Shown piece by piece: positions 36,861 to 47,419 of a stretch of 64,000 bases of DNA. A program made the translations under genes and the position numbers. Within the stretch, counting starts at the first letter, position 1, and every line of letters starts with the position of its first letter. This stretch comes from Clostridia bacterium. Lineage in GTDB: Bacteria > Bacillota > Clostridia > CAKSNL01 > HGM11501. The stretch is taken from assembly GCA_045545475.1 (NCBI GenBank), contig JAZQAZ010000014.1, positions 10,938 to 74,937 of the forward strand. Direction: 5' to 3'. Under the pieces are notes generated by a model. That model searched no databases. It was not told where the DNA came from and saw only the letters and a program-made list of their open reading frames with translations.

Positions 36861-38660
36861 TTATTTCTCCTTGTATAATGCGAAGTTATCGCCTGAAATT
36901 ATAATTTCCTTTCCCTCTGTCATATCTCTAACATCATTTCCTACATAAGCGTAAAGTTTCTCGGAATCGGTCATACGTTCCATTAATAAGCTTTTGTCAT
37001 CCATGGTGATAAAGCGGGTATCGCCAAGTCTTAAAGCAATATGTGAGTTTTTTATTTCGGCAAGAACTTTGAAAAAATCAAGTATTTCAGAGTTTTCCTT
37101 GCCCCAGGGATAAAATGCACGGTTAAAGGGGTCTTCAAATCCCTCCATTCCGGCTTCGTCACCGTAGTATATACAGGGACAACCGGGAAGACAAAACTGC
37201 AAAAATGCTGCAGTTTTAAGACGCTGTATGGCTTTTTCTTTCATTTCACCGGAAAGGCGGAAGAAAGCTCTTTCTTCTCTTTTCTCCATATAAGGAGCGT
37301 CCGATAAAAGGGTTAAAATTCTTGGCGTGTCGTGGGTTGACAGGTTGTTCATCAAAGCGTCTAAAACGTCCTTGGGATAATTTTCGCATATGGTCATAAC
37401 CGATGCGGCAAAATCCTTTGCACACATATTTCCCTTGACAAATGAAAGTATGGCATCCCTGAAAGGATAGTTCATAACCGAATCAAGCTCCGGTGCAGTA
37501 AAATAGCGTCGCCTTACGCTGTAGCTTATTTTGTTTGAGGCATCCTCCCACACTTCGCCCAATACTAAAGCATCAGGATTTATCTCTTTTACTCTTTTTC
37601 TTAGCTTTATAATAAATTCATCGGGAAGCTCGTCCGCTACGTCCAAACGGAAGCCGTCAGCACCCAAAGTGAGCCAATGAGCAACTACGCTGTCAGAATC
37701 TTCTATTATATAATTAAGGAAGGATTCGGAAAGCTCGTTTACGCAAGGCAATGTGTCGATACCCCACCATGATGTGTAGGAATCGGGATAATTATTGAAC
37801 TGATACCAGTCTTTATAAGGGGAGTCAGGATTATGATATGCTCCCATACCATATCGATTGTATTTGTCAAAATATATGCTGTCACATCCTGTATGGGAAA
37901 ATACGCCGTCAAGAAGTATTTTTATTCCAAGTTTGTGTGCCTTTTCGCAAAGAAGCTTAAAATCCTCTTCTGTTCCCAGAAGCGGATCTATCTTCTTGTA
38001 GTCCGAGGTATCGTAGCGGTGGTTGGAATACGCCGAAAAAATTGGGTTTAAGTAAATTACGCCTACTCCTAAATCCTTAAGATAGGGGAGCTTTTTTATT
38101 ATGCCTTCTATGTTCCCGCCAAAAAAGTCGTTATTTTGAATTATGCCCTTTTCATCGGGAAGAAAAACCGGAATGTCTCCTTCGTCATCGTGTAGATGAT
38201 AGGGAGTTTTCTTATCCTCGGCAGAAAGAATTCTTTCCTTATAAAAACGGTCGGGAAAAATCTGATAATAAACCCTGCCTTTGAAGCAGGAAGGCACAGT
38301 GAAATCTGAAGGAATGCAAGATAACTGCCAGGATGCGCCTTCTTCCATATTGGTGTCACTATCGCCGCATTTATAAAGGTGGAAGGTTGAACATTCCGTC
38401 TCTATTAAAAAGTGGTAAAAGTAAAGCCCTGTCTTATAAAGAGAAAAGGTTTCGGAGTAGTACTCGTAGGAATTTTCCTTTTTTATGCATGAGAGTGGAA
38501 GTGTTAATTTCATTCCCTCGTCTGATTCTATTAAAAGATATGCCCTTTTGGTTTTACAACTTTCGGGAATGTGTATGGAAATGGTACACTCCTCGTTCTT
38601 CTTAAGGCAACCGAAGGGCTTTTTATGAAGTTCTGATTTACTGTCGTATAAAATGCGCAT
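36861..38660 (-). CDS. GH13 alpha-amylase family enzyme (neopullulanase/cyclomaltodextrinase-like), cytoplasmic
   Basis: GH13 conserved regions: GADGFRLDVADELPDEF (region II, nucleophile Asp), EVWEDAS (region III), LSTHDTPR (region IV). Confidence 0.88.
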   Translation of the reverse strand: MRILYDSKSELHKKPFGCLKKNEECTISIHIPESCKTKRAYLLIESDEGMKLTLPLSCIKKENSYEYYSETFSLYKTGLYFYHFLIETECSTFHLYKCGDSDTNMEEGASWQLSCIPSDFTVPSCFKGRVYYQIFPDRFYKERILSAEDKKTPYHLHDDEGDIPVFLPDEKGIIQNNDFFGGNIEGIIKKLPYLKDLGVGVIYLNPIFSAYSNHRYDTSDYKKIDPLLGTEEDFKLLCEKAHKLGIKILLDGVFSHTGCDSIYFDKYNRYGMGAYHNPDSPYKDWYQFNNYPDSYTSWWGIDTLPCVNELSESFLNYIIEDSDSVVAHWLTLGADGFRLDVADELPDEFIIKLRKRVKEINPDALVLGEVWEDASNKISYSVRRRYFTAPELDSVMNYPFRDAILSFVKGNMCAKDFAASVMTICENYPKDVLDALMNNLSTHDTPRILTLLSDAPYMEKREERAFFRLSGEMKEKAIQRLKTAAFLQFCLPGCPCIYYGDEAGMEGFEDPFNRAFYPWGKENSEILDFFKVLAEIKNSHIALRLGDTRFITMDDKSLLMERMTDSEKLYAYVGNDVRDMTEGKEIIISGDNFALYKEK

Positions 38661-38718
38661 GTTTTACCTACCTTCATTAAGGCACACAGGAAAATCCTGT
38701 GTGCCTTAAAAATTAGTT

Positions 38719-41136
38719 TCACTTCATGTACCAGATGTTCTTTGCATACTCATTTATTGCACGGTCAGCTGAGAAGATACCTGCCTTTGCAATATTGGTA
38801 AGGGACATCTTAGTGAATTTTTCTCTGTCCTTATAGGTTTCGGAAACCGCTTCCTGAGCTCTTACATAATCGCCGAAGTCGGCAAGAGTCATATAAGCAT
38901 CGGCTGTTCCGAAGGAACTTGTAAGGAGTGATTTAACAATATCATCAAAGTTTGAACCGAAGGAGCCGTTTGTAAGCATTTCAAGAATTGCGGAAAGCTC
39001 TCTGTCACGTCTTACGTAACTTAAAGGATCATAACCTTTTCTCCAAAGTGCCTCAACCTCAGGTGCTTTAAGACCGAAGAGGAACATGTTGTCGTCGCCA
39101 ACCTGTTCGTGAATTTCGACATTTGCACCGTCGAGAGTGCCGAGTGTTACGGCACCGTTAATCATAAGTTTCATATTACCTGTGCCCGAAGCTTCCTTTC
39201 CGGCAATGGAAATCTGCTCTGAAATTTCAGCTGCAGGAATGATGATTTCAGCCAAGGATACCTTGTAGTCTTCCAAGAATACAACCTTTATTTTTTCTCT
39301 TGCAACGGGATCTGCATTAATGGTGTTGGCAATTGCACAAATAAGTCTTATAACCTGCTTTGCCATGAAATAACCGCTGGATGCTTTTGCTGCAAAGATA
39401 AAGGTGCGGGGAGGAATGTCAAGGGCAGGATTTTCTTTAATCATGCGGTACATGTGGATTATCTGAAGTGCGTTTAAGAGCTGTCTCTTATACTCGTGAA
39501 GTCTCTTTATTTGCACATCGAAAATGGAATCCGGGTCAACATTTATACCGTTTGCAGTTGAAATGTAGTTTGCAAGACGAATTTTGTTTGCACGCTTAAC
39601 CTCACGGAGGGAAGCGAGAACTGTTGCATCTTCACGGAAGGATAAAAGATCTTCTAGCTTATTTGCATCCTTCATAAAGCCGTCACCTATTAAGTTTTTA
39701 AGAAGAGCGGTGAGTCCGGGGTTAGCCTGACAGAGCCATCTTCTGTATGCTATACCGTTGGTTACGTTGGTGAAACGGTCGGGCGTCAAGGCATAATAAT
39801 CATGGAAAATGCTGTCCTTTAAAATTTCGGAGTGAAGCTTTGATACGCCGTTTATCTTGTGGCAGGCAGCTAAGCAAAGATTTGCCATTTTGACTTCTCC
39901 ACAAGAAATTGCCGCCATATAATCAATTTTTGCAACATCACCGGGATAACTTTCGTAAAGCCCGGAGGTAAGACGACGGTTAATTTCGACAACAATCTTG
40001 TAAACTCTGGGAAGAAGCTCCGAGAAAAGATGCTCAGGCCAACGCTCAAGTGCCTCGCTCATGACGGTGTGGTTGGTGTAAGAAAGCGTACGGCAGGTGA
40101 TATCCCACGCTTCATCCCATCCGAAGGAATACTCGTCCATTAAAATTCTCATAAGCTCGGGTACACAAAGTGCGGGATGAGTATCGTTGATGTGAATAGC
40201 AACCTTATCGGGAAGATTTCGGAGTGTTCCGTAATTCTTCATATGGTTTTTAAGGATGCTCTGAAGAGAAGCGGAAACAAGAAGATACTGCTGCTTTAAT
40301 CTTAAACGCTTACCTTCGATATGGTCATCTGCAGGATATAGTACTTTACTTATAACTTCCGCCATGGTGTTTCTTTCGAGAGCCTTTAAATGTTCACCTC
40401 GTACGAAATAGTTAAGGTCAATGGATGCGGAGGAAGGGGATTTTGCACTCCAGAGTACCAGGGGATTAACCGCTTTTGAATTGTAGCCTGAGATAAAGAG
40501 GTCGTACGGAACGGCCATTACTGAGTTGTAGTTTACATGCTCAGACTTGAAGTTGCCGTTTTCAAACCATTCTTTAACTTCGCCGCCGAATTTTACTTCG
40601 AAGGCTTCATCCTGTCTCGGACGAAGCCAGGAATCACCAAGAGAAAGCCAGTCATCGGGAAATTCCATCTGCCAGCCGTCAACAATTTTCTGACGGAAAA
40701 TACCAAATTCGTAGCGGATGGAAAAGCCTGTTCCGGGAAGTCCCAGTGTAGTCATAGAATCCATATAGCAGGATGCGAGACGTCCGAGACCGCCGTTGCC
40801 AAGACCTGCATCGGGTTCCATTTCGTAAAGCTCTGCAAGGTCAATTCCTACACCTGCCAGGATGCTCTTTGCCTTTGCCTCAAGCCCCATGTTGAAGAGG
40901 TTGTTGTGAAGGGATGTTCCAACAAGGAATTCCATTGACATATAGAAAACCTGTTTTTTCTCCTTTGCGGTAACCTCGTCGGAGAAGTTCTTGCGTTCTT
41001 CTGCAAGCAGGTCACGAAGAACGGTGCAAAGTGTTTTGTATACCTGGATTTTTGAAGCCTCGGAAAGGCTACAGCCCGAACCTCTTAAGGATTCGGATTC
41101 AAGCAATTTTTTAAATTCGTCTTTTTTTAAGTTCAT
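38719..41136 (-). CDS. glgP: Glycogen/starch/alpha-glucan phosphorylase
   Basis: 805 aa. The PLP-site signature EASGTGNMKLMINGAVTLGTLDGANVEI. Confidence 0.95.
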   Translation of the reverse strand: MNLKKDEFKKLLESESLRGSGCSLSEASKIQVYKTLCTVLRDLLAEERKNFSDEVTAKEKKQVFYMSMEFLVGTSLHNNLFNMGLEAKAKSILAGVGIDLAELYEMEPDAGLGNGGLGRLASCYMDSMTTLGLPGTGFSIRYEFGIFRQKIVDGWQMEFPDDWLSLGDSWLRPRQDEAFEVKFGGEVKEWFENGNFKSEHVNYNSVMAVPYDLFISGYNSKAVNPLVLWSAKSPSSASIDLNYFVRGEHLKALERNTMAEVISKVLYPADDHIEGKRLRLKQQYLLVSASLQSILKNHMKNYGTLRNLPDKVAIHINDTHPALCVPELMRILMDEYSFGWDEAWDITCRTLSYTNHTVMSEALERWPEHLFSELLPRVYKIVVEINRRLTSGLYESYPGDVAKIDYMAAISCGEVKMANLCLAACHKINGVSKLHSEILKDSIFHDYYALTPDRFTNVTNGIAYRRWLCQANPGLTALLKNLIGDGFMKDANKLEDLLSFREDATVLASLREVKRANKIRLANYISTANGINVDPDSIFDVQIKRLHEYKRQLLNALQIIHMYRMIKENPALDIPPRTFIFAAKASSGYFMAKQVIRLICAIANTINADPVAREKIKVVFLEDYKVSLAEIIIPAAEISEQISIAGKEASGTGNMKLMINGAVTLGTLDGANVEIHEQVGDDNMFLFGLKAPEVEALWRKGYDPLSYVRRDRELSAILEMLTNGSFGSNFDDIVKSLLTSSFGTADAYMTLADFGDYVRAQEAVSETYKDREKFTKMSLTNIAKAGIFSADRAINEYAKNIWYMK

Positions 41137-41181
41137 TGATATCGTCCTTTATAGATTATTAATAGCAAGTTTTTTCTTAAG

Positions 41182-42609
41182 TTACACTAAGGAGTTGTAA
41201 ATTGCTCCGTATTCCTTAACCGGCTCAGACCAACTTGAGTCATATTTCATAAGGGCCTTTATGTGCTTTTCACGTTTGGCTTCATCTCGCCAGAATTCTG
41301 CCGCTCTCTCTACTGCATTTAACATATCGTGAGCGTTGAAAAGCTTAAAGGTAAAACCTTTTCCTTCAAGTGTTTCGGTATTAAGTGCGGGTACCGTATC
41401 AAAAAGACCGCCGGTTTCACGGACTATCGGAATTGTGCCGTAACGCATTGCGATAAGCTGTGAAAGCCCGCAGGGTTCGCTCTTTGACGGCATTAAGAAT
41501 AAATCGCTTCCTGCATAAATGCGGCTTGCCAAAGCACTGTTGAAGGTAATTAATGCTTTTAAGCGACCGGGATAGTAATATTCTGCAAAGCGGAACATTT
41601 CTTCAAAGCGGGAATCTCCTGTGCCAAGAACTACAAGCTGAAGATCATTTTTCATCATTTCGTGAATCACGCATTCAACCAGCTCAAGTCCCTTGTGAGA
41701 AACAAGACGAGTAACCATAGAAACTATGGGAACGTCATTTCTCACTTCAAGGCCAAGCTCCTTCTGAAGTTCCTCCTTACAGATGTATTTGCCCGAAGGA
41801 TTGGTGGGGGAGAACTTCTTGGGGATGTTTTTGTCATTCTTGGGATTGTAAAGATTAGTATTTATTCCGTTTACAATACCCGTAAGCTTGTATTCATTCT
41901 CTCTTAAAATGGGGTCAAGCCCGTGAGAGAAGTAAGCGTATTTTATTTCGTGAGCATATGTCCTTGAAACCGTTGTTATCTTGTCGGATGCCACAATTGC
42001 ACCTTTCATAAAGTTGATGGCACCGTCATAAGTCAAGACATTTTTCCATTCGCCTGAAAGCTCCATAATGTTTTCTGAGAATTCCATGGGCATTCTGCCC
42101 TGATATTCAATATTATGGATGGTAAACACGGTTTTTATTTTGGAATATGCTTCTATGTGGGAGTAGCACGCCTTTAAGAAGACGGGAATCGTTGCCGTCT
42201 GCCAGTCATTCAAGTGAATGATATCGGGAAAATATCCGATTTCGGCAAAGGAGGCAAGGATTGCCTTTGAATAATAAGCGAAACGCTCACCGTCATCAAA
42301 ATGACCGTAATAGCCCCCGTCACGAAGGAAATAAAATTCGTTGTCAATAAAATAATAGGTGATATTTTTGTTCTTAAGGGTAAATACACCCACATAAGTA
42401 TCCCTGTAAGCAATGGAAACATAAAAGCTTTTTATAAACTCGGGATTGAATTCGGGGTTTTCCTTAAGTGATTTATAGTAGGGAAGCACCACCGAAACTT
42501 CGTATTCGGGATTATTGGAAAGCTCAGAAGGGAGTGCTTCGATTACGTCGCCAAGGCCACCGGATTTTATAAACGGTGCACCTTCGCTTGCTGCGAAAAG
42601 TATTTTCAT
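41182..42609 (-). CDS. glgA: Glycogen synthase (ADP-glucose type)
   Basis: MKILFAASEGAPFIKSGGLGDV, the canonical GlgA N-terminus. 475 aa. Confidence 0.95.
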   Translation of the reverse strand: MKILFAASEGAPFIKSGGLGDVIEALPSELSNNPEYEVSVVLPYYKSLKENPEFNPEFIKSFYVSIAYRDTYVGVFTLKNKNITYYFIDNEFYFLRDGGYYGHFDDGERFAYYSKAILASFAEIGYFPDIIHLNDWQTATIPVFLKACYSHIEAYSKIKTVFTIHNIEYQGRMPMEFSENIMELSGEWKNVLTYDGAINFMKGAIVASDKITTVSRTYAHEIKYAYFSHGLDPILRENEYKLTGIVNGINTNLYNPKNDKNIPKKFSPTNPSGKYICKEELQKELGLEVRNDVPIVSMVTRLVSHKGLELVECVIHEMMKNDLQLVVLGTGDSRFEEMFRFAEYYYPGRLKALITFNSALASRIYAGSDLFLMPSKSEPCGLSQLIAMRYGTIPIVRETGGLFDTVPALNTETLEGKGFTFKLFNAHDMLNAVERAAEFWRDEAKREKHIKALMKYDSSWSEPVKEYGAIYNSLV

Positions 42610-43724
42610 ACTGTTTCTCCTTTTTCTACAATTAAGGGAGCGTTTTTGGCACCCTTAAGTATGGTACCTGCAGATATTTTCGCATCCTTATCGATGATTG
42701 CGTATTCAATTTCGCAACCTTCGCCTATAACGCTGCCTTGCATGATGATTGAATTTTTAACAGATGCTCTTTTTTCTATCTTGACATCACGGAAGAGGAC
42801 GGAGTTCTCAATATGTCCCTTAATTCTGCAACCGTCTGCAACAAGACACTCGTCTGCAGAAGAATCGGAAGAATAGAATGTGGGAACCTCGTCACGGACC
42901 TTGGTGTAAATGGGGCGTGCGGGGTTGAAAATATCACGTCTTAATTCTTCGTCGGAAATAAGAGCTAAGTTGTTATTAAAGTAGCTTGCGATGCTGTTGT
43001 TTCTTATAACCTTGCCCTTGAATTCAAATACATTTACATTTAATGTGCCTTTATTGAATTCACGCTGGATTAAGTCACGCTCTAAGTGATGTTTGCCCTT
43101 GGAAACAGACTCTTTTATTGCGGCAACCAATTTCTGCTTTTCCATTATGTACATACCCATGGAGGCAAGAGTGCCGTCCTTCAATGCGGGATAGTCAACT
43201 AAAATTTCTGTCACCTTTTTCTTTGACATTTCCGTAATCATAGAATAATTTCTCTGCTTGTCTGCTTTAACCTTGTTGGCGATAACAGTTATGTCGGCAC
43301 CGGACTTTATGTGCGATTCCAACGCATCGCCATAGTCGATGTTGCAGATTACGGTGGAGTCTGATAAAACTACATAATCCTGGTCTATCTTGTCAAGAAA
43401 TGAAAATGCGGAATAAAGTGCTTCAAGCTTTCCCTGATAAACCGTGGTCTGACCGGATGAGAAGGGGGGAAGAAGATAAACTCCGCCGTTTTTACGGTTT
43501 AAGTCCCATTCTGCTGAGGAACCCAGATGGTCCATAAGGGAATTGTAGTTATACTTTGTTACGATACCCACATTGGTTATTGTGGAGTTTGACATATTGG
43601 ACAAAACAAAGTCGATAAGACGGTATCTTCCGCCGAAGGGGAGAGATGCCACCGTTCTGTTTTTGGTAAGTAAGCCGAAATTTTCGTCAAAAAGATTTGA
43701 AAATATAATACCTGCCATATTCAT
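42606..43724 (-). CDS. glgD: Glucose-1-phosphate adenylyltransferase subunit GlgD
   Basis: 372 aa. An NTP-transferase/LbH paralog lacking the GGxGxRL catalytic motif (MAGIIFSNLFDEN...PFGGRYRLIDFVLSNM). Overlaps glgA by 4 nt. Confidence 0.85.
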   Translation of the reverse strand: MNMAGIIFSNLFDENFGLLTKNRTVASLPFGGRYRLIDFVLSNMSNSTITNVGIVTKYNYNSLMDHLGSSAEWDLNRKNGGVYLLPPFSSGQTTVYQGKLEALYSAFSFLDKIDQDYVVLSDSTVICNIDYGDALESHIKSGADITVIANKVKADKQRNYSMITEMSKKKVTEILVDYPALKDGTLASMGMYIMEKQKLVAAIKESVSKGKHHLERDLIQREFNKGTLNVNVFEFKGKVIRNNSIASYFNNNLALISDEELRRDIFNPARPIYTKVRDEVPTFYSSDSSADECLVADGCRIKGHIENSVLFRDVKIEKRASVKNSIIMQGSVIGEGCEIEYAIIDKDAKISAGTILKGAKNAPLIVEKGETV

Positions 43725-43738
43725 GGTTACACGCCTCC

Positions 43739-44929
43739 TTATATAATTTCCTTGGGCTTCACTACGGTATTAGCCGCAATAATGTTGCCTTTGCCGATGA
43801 CTGCAATGCCCCATTCCGACTTGGAATAGTATTCCGGCTTGTCGCCGATGCGGGCGTTTTTGTCAATTTCAACATTCTCGGAAAGGATGGCATATTTAAC
43901 AGTTGCACCCTTTCTTATTATGGTGTTTGGCATAATAACGCTGTCTTCGACAACAGCATCTTCTTCAATGGTGCAGCCTGTGGAAATGATGGAGTTTTTA
44001 ACACTTCCCTTTATGCTGCAACCTTCTGCAACGTAGGAATTATCAATAGTAGCACTCTTTGCTATGTAGCTTGAGGGCTGGGCATAGTTTCTTGCATAAA
44101 TTCTGAACTTGGAATCCTTTAAGTTAAGTCCGCTTTCGGGATCAAGCAGATCCATGTTTGCCTGCCATAAGCTGTCGATTGTTCCTACATCCTTCCAGTA
44201 ACCTTCAAAGCCGTAAGCGAAAAGTCTCTTATTGTTTTCGATAAGCTTGGGGATGATGTTTTTGCCGAAGTCGTTGGAGGAGGTTTCGTCCTCTTCGTCT
44301 TCGATTAAATAATCACGAAGAAGCTGCCAATTGAAAATGTAAATACCCATGGAAGCCTTTGTGCTCTTGGGATTTTTCGGTTTTTCTTCAAATTCGTAAA
44401 TGGAAGAATCGGGGTTTACGTTCATTATTCCGAATCTGCTTGCCTCTTCAATGGGAACATCCAGTACTGCGATGGTACATTCGGAATTTTTTTCCTTATG
44501 GAAATCAAGCATCTTTGAATAGTCCATTTTGTAGATGTGGTCACCTGACAGAATCAGGACATATTCGGGGTTGTAACGCTCAATAAATGGAATGTTCTGG
44601 TATACGGCGTTTGCTGTGCCCTTATACCACTCGGATTTTTTACTCTTGGAGTATGGCGGAAGGATATGTGCTCCGCCAAAATTACGGTTAAGTCCCCATG
44701 GGCGACCTGTGCCCACATAATCGTTAAGCTCCAAAGGCTGATATTGTGTCAGAATACCAACGGTGTCAATGCCGGAGTTTACGCAATTGGAAAGGGGAAA
44801 GTCGATAATTCTGTACTTTCCTCCAAAGGGAACTGCAGGCTTTGCGGTTTCCTCGGTTAAAACCATAAGTCTGCTGCCCTGTCCTCCCGCGAGGAGAATT
44901 GCTACACATTCTTTGCTCTTGTTTAACAT
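43739..44929 (-). CDS. glgC: Glucose-1-phosphate adenylyltransferase
   Basis: [39 protein letters not shown] plus a C-terminal LbH domain. Confidence 0.95.
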   Translation of the reverse strand: MLNKSKECVAILLAGGQGSRLMVLTEETAKPAVPFGGKYRIIDFPLSNCVNSGIDTVGILTQYQPLELNDYVGTGRPWGLNRNFGGAHILPPYSKSKKSEWYKGTANAVYQNIPFIERYNPEYVLILSGDHIYKMDYSKMLDFHKEKNSECTIAVLDVPIEEASRFGIMNVNPDSSIYEFEEKPKNPKSTKASMGIYIFNWQLLRDYLIEDEEDETSSNDFGKNIIPKLIENNKRLFAYGFEGYWKDVGTIDSLWQANMDLLDPESGLNLKDSKFRIYARNYAQPSSYIAKSATIDNSYVAEGCSIKGSVKNSIISTGCTIEEDAVVEDSVIMPNTIIRKGATVKYAILSENVEIDKNARIGDKPEYYSKSEWGIAVIGKGNIIAANTVVKPKEII

Positions 44930-44946
44930 TTAAAGCCCTCCTAACA

Positions 44947-46821
44947 TTATTTGACTATTTTATAAAAAGTTACGCTCATCGGGGGAATGGTTACCTCTGA
45001 TGAATTTTCGAGTCCGTGATAAGGTATTGCCTTTACCGGAACGGTGCGAAGGGGTGTTCCGGTACCGCCGTATTTCTTATAGTCCGATGAAAATACAGGG
45101 GTTATCTTTTTTCCGTAAGGGATTCCGATTCTGTATTTATCACGCCTTACGGGGCAGAAGTTGCAGATAATGATAAGCTCGTCGCCTTTTTTATCAATTC
45201 TCCTGAAAACGATAATGCTCTGGTCCGCATCGTCTCCGCTTATCCAGGATGTGCCCTCCTGTTCTGTGTCCATCTCATACAGCGGAGGATTATCAAGATA
45301 AAAGCGGTTTAGGTCTTTTACAAATTTATGCATTTTTTTATGAGCATCTACGGAAAGCAGGAACCAGTCCAGCTCTTTCTTGAAATCCCACTCAATAAAC
45401 TGGGCAAACTCACTTCCCATAAAGGTGAGCTTCTTTCCGGGGTGTGCCACCATGTATGCATAAAAAGTTCTGAGGTTTGAAAATTTGTCTTCGTAAACTC
45501 CAGGCATCTTTCCGATCATCGAACACTTTCCGTGAACTACCTCGTCGTGGGAGAGGGGAAGGATATAATTTTCCGTGAAAGCGTAGGAAAATGAATGGGT
45601 CAACATTCCGTGAATGCTTTTTCTGAACAGAGGATCGTTGGAAATATATTTGAGCATATCGTTCATCCAACCCATATTCCACTTATAGTTAAAGCCAAGA
45701 CCGCCCATATAATCGGGTTTTGTTACCATTGGGAAGATGGTGGATTCTTCTGCAATCATCATAACGGAAGGCTTGAAGGCAAACGCTGCGGCATTCATTT
45801 TTCGCATGAAGTCTATGGCCTCTAAATTTTCTTTGCCGCCGAAATAATTCGGGTGCCATTCTCTGCCGCTTCTTCCGTAGTCCAGGTAAAGCATGGAAGC
45901 CACGGCATCAACTCTTATTCCGTCTATATGATACTTGTCCAACCAGTATAATACATTTGATATAAGAAATGAGCGGACTTCGTTTCTTCCGTAGTTAAAA
46001 ATTCTTGTGTTCCAGTCGGGGTGTTCGTTCATCACATAGTCGTTTGATTCATAACAGCATGTGCCGTCAAATTCTATGAGACCGTATTCATCTTTGGGGA
46101 AATGTGCACCAACCCAATCTATAATAACGCCTATTCCTGCTTCGTGACATGTGTTTACAAGATACATGAAATCGTGTGGTGTTCCGTAACGGGAGGTGGG
46201 AGCATAGTAGCCTGTCACCTGATAACCCCAGGAAGGATCAAAAGGATATTCCGACACAGGCATAAGCTCCACATGGGTGTAATTCATTTCCTTTAAGTAG
46301 TGAACCAGATCGTCAGCAGTCGTGCGGTATGAGAAAAAGTTGCCGTCTGAGTGCTTACGCCATGAGCCTAAATGCAGTTCATATATATTCACAGGGGAGT
46401 TAAGGGTGTTCTTTTTTGCATTTTTGGTCATATAGGATTTGTCGGTCCATTTGAACCCGCCAAGGTCATAAACCTTGGAATCATTATCCGGGCGTGTACA
46501 CATGTGAAATCCGTATGGGTCGCACTTATACACAAAGGAACCGTCTGATTTTTCGATATAGTACTTATAGGAATCGTAAACCTTGGCACAGGGAACAGAA
46601 AGTTCAAAAACTCCGTATCCTATATTGTTCATAAAGGCGTTCTTGTCCCATGAATTGAAATCGCCTGTGAGCCTTACTGAGCGGGCGTTGGGGGCCCAGA
46701 CTCTGAAGATGAAGCCACCTGATGAAACTTTGTGACAGCCCATGTATTCATAAGCGTCAGTCGCATTGCCCTGGTTGAATTTTTCCAAGAAATCTCCTAA
46801 TGAAGCCTTGTTTGATTTCAC
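44947..46821 (-). CDS. glgB: 1,4-alpha-glucan branching enzyme
   Basis: 624 aa. N-terminal CBM48 then GH13 catalytic domain (HIDGIRVDAVASMLYLDYGR, IAEEST). Confidence 0.93.
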   Translation of the reverse strand: MKSNKASLGDFLEKFNQGNATDAYEYMGCHKVSSGGFIFRVWAPNARSVRLTGDFNSWDKNAFMNNIGYGVFELSVPCAKVYDSYKYYIEKSDGSFVYKCDPYGFHMCTRPDNDSKVYDLGGFKWTDKSYMTKNAKKNTLNSPVNIYELHLGSWRKHSDGNFFSYRTTADDLVHYLKEMNYTHVELMPVSEYPFDPSWGYQVTGYYAPTSRYGTPHDFMYLVNTCHEAGIGVIIDWVGAHFPKDEYGLIEFDGTCCYESNDYVMNEHPDWNTRIFNYGRNEVRSFLISNVLYWLDKYHIDGIRVDAVASMLYLDYGRSGREWHPNYFGGKENLEAIDFMRKMNAAAFAFKPSVMMIAEESTIFPMVTKPDYMGGLGFNYKWNMGWMNDMLKYISNDPLFRKSIHGMLTHSFSYAFTENYILPLSHDEVVHGKCSMIGKMPGVYEDKFSNLRTFYAYMVAHPGKKLTFMGSEFAQFIEWDFKKELDWFLLSVDAHKKMHKFVKDLNRFYLDNPPLYEMDTEQEGTSWISGDDADQSIIVFRRIDKKGDELIIICNFCPVRRDKYRIGIPYGKKITPVFSSDYKKYGGTGTPLRTVPVKAIPYHGLENSSEVTIPPMSVTFYKIVK

Positions 46822-47012
46822 CTTTAATTCACCTCTTTGGTTGTGATATATTTAAATAGGTAGAAACATTATAAACAGTATAACATACAATTGTTACAAA
46901 ATCCAGTATTTTTGGAAAAAATATGAAAATAATTTCTTTAATTATATATGCGGTATATATAGTTTATTATAAATTCTTGAAATTATGAATTTTTTTCTCG
47001 CATTTTTTCGCT

Positions 47013-47041
47013 TGACACCCGGGTTTTTGTGGTATAAAATT
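47013..47041 (+). promoter_or_regulatory. Predicted sigma-A promoter for the tautomerase-apbE-eamA unit
   Basis: TTGACA, 16-17-nt spacer, TG-n-TATAAAAT. Confidence 0.45.
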
Positions 47042-47068
47042 AATGTGATTTTCAGAAAGGGTGATAGT

Positions 47069-47413
47069 ATGCCGTTTATAGAAACGAAAACTACAGCTAA
47101 CGTAACAGATGAAAAAAGAGAAGAAATAAAAACACTTCTCGGCAAAGCGATAGAACTTATTCCGGGAAAGAGCGAAAGCTGGCTTATGCTTTCTTTTTCC
47201 GACAATCTCAAAATGTATTTCAAAGGCGATGATTCTGCGGACACCGCTTATATCGATGTGAAAATTTTCGGAAAAGCTGAAAAGAAGGCGTACGATGCTC
47301 TTACAAAAGAAATCTGCAGAATTTATTCTGAAGTTTTGTCAATCCCGGGGGACAGGATTTATGTAAAGTATGAAGAAGCCGATATCTGGGGCTGGAACGG
47401 AATGAATTTTTAA
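47069..47413 (+). CDS. Tautomerase / MIF superfamily protein
   Basis: 114 aa, starting Met-Pro (the catalytic Pro1 hallmark): MPFIETKTT...; the size and pattern fit the MIF/PptA family. Confidence 0.55.
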   Translation: MPFIETKTTANVTDEKREEIKTLLGKAIELIPGKSESWLMLSFSDNLKMYFKGDDSADTAYIDVKIFGKAEKKAYDALTKEICRIYSEVLSIPGDRIYVKYEEADIWGWNGMNF

Positions 47414-47419
47414 TTGATT

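Noticed and set aside
46822-46984. Tried to define the glycogen-operon promoter and a cre (CcpA) site upstream of glgB
   Set aside because: Several overlapping -10-like hexamers (TATACT, TATAAT) occur but no convincing -35/-10 pair with correct spacing, and no WTGNAANCGNWNNCW match. Left uncalled.
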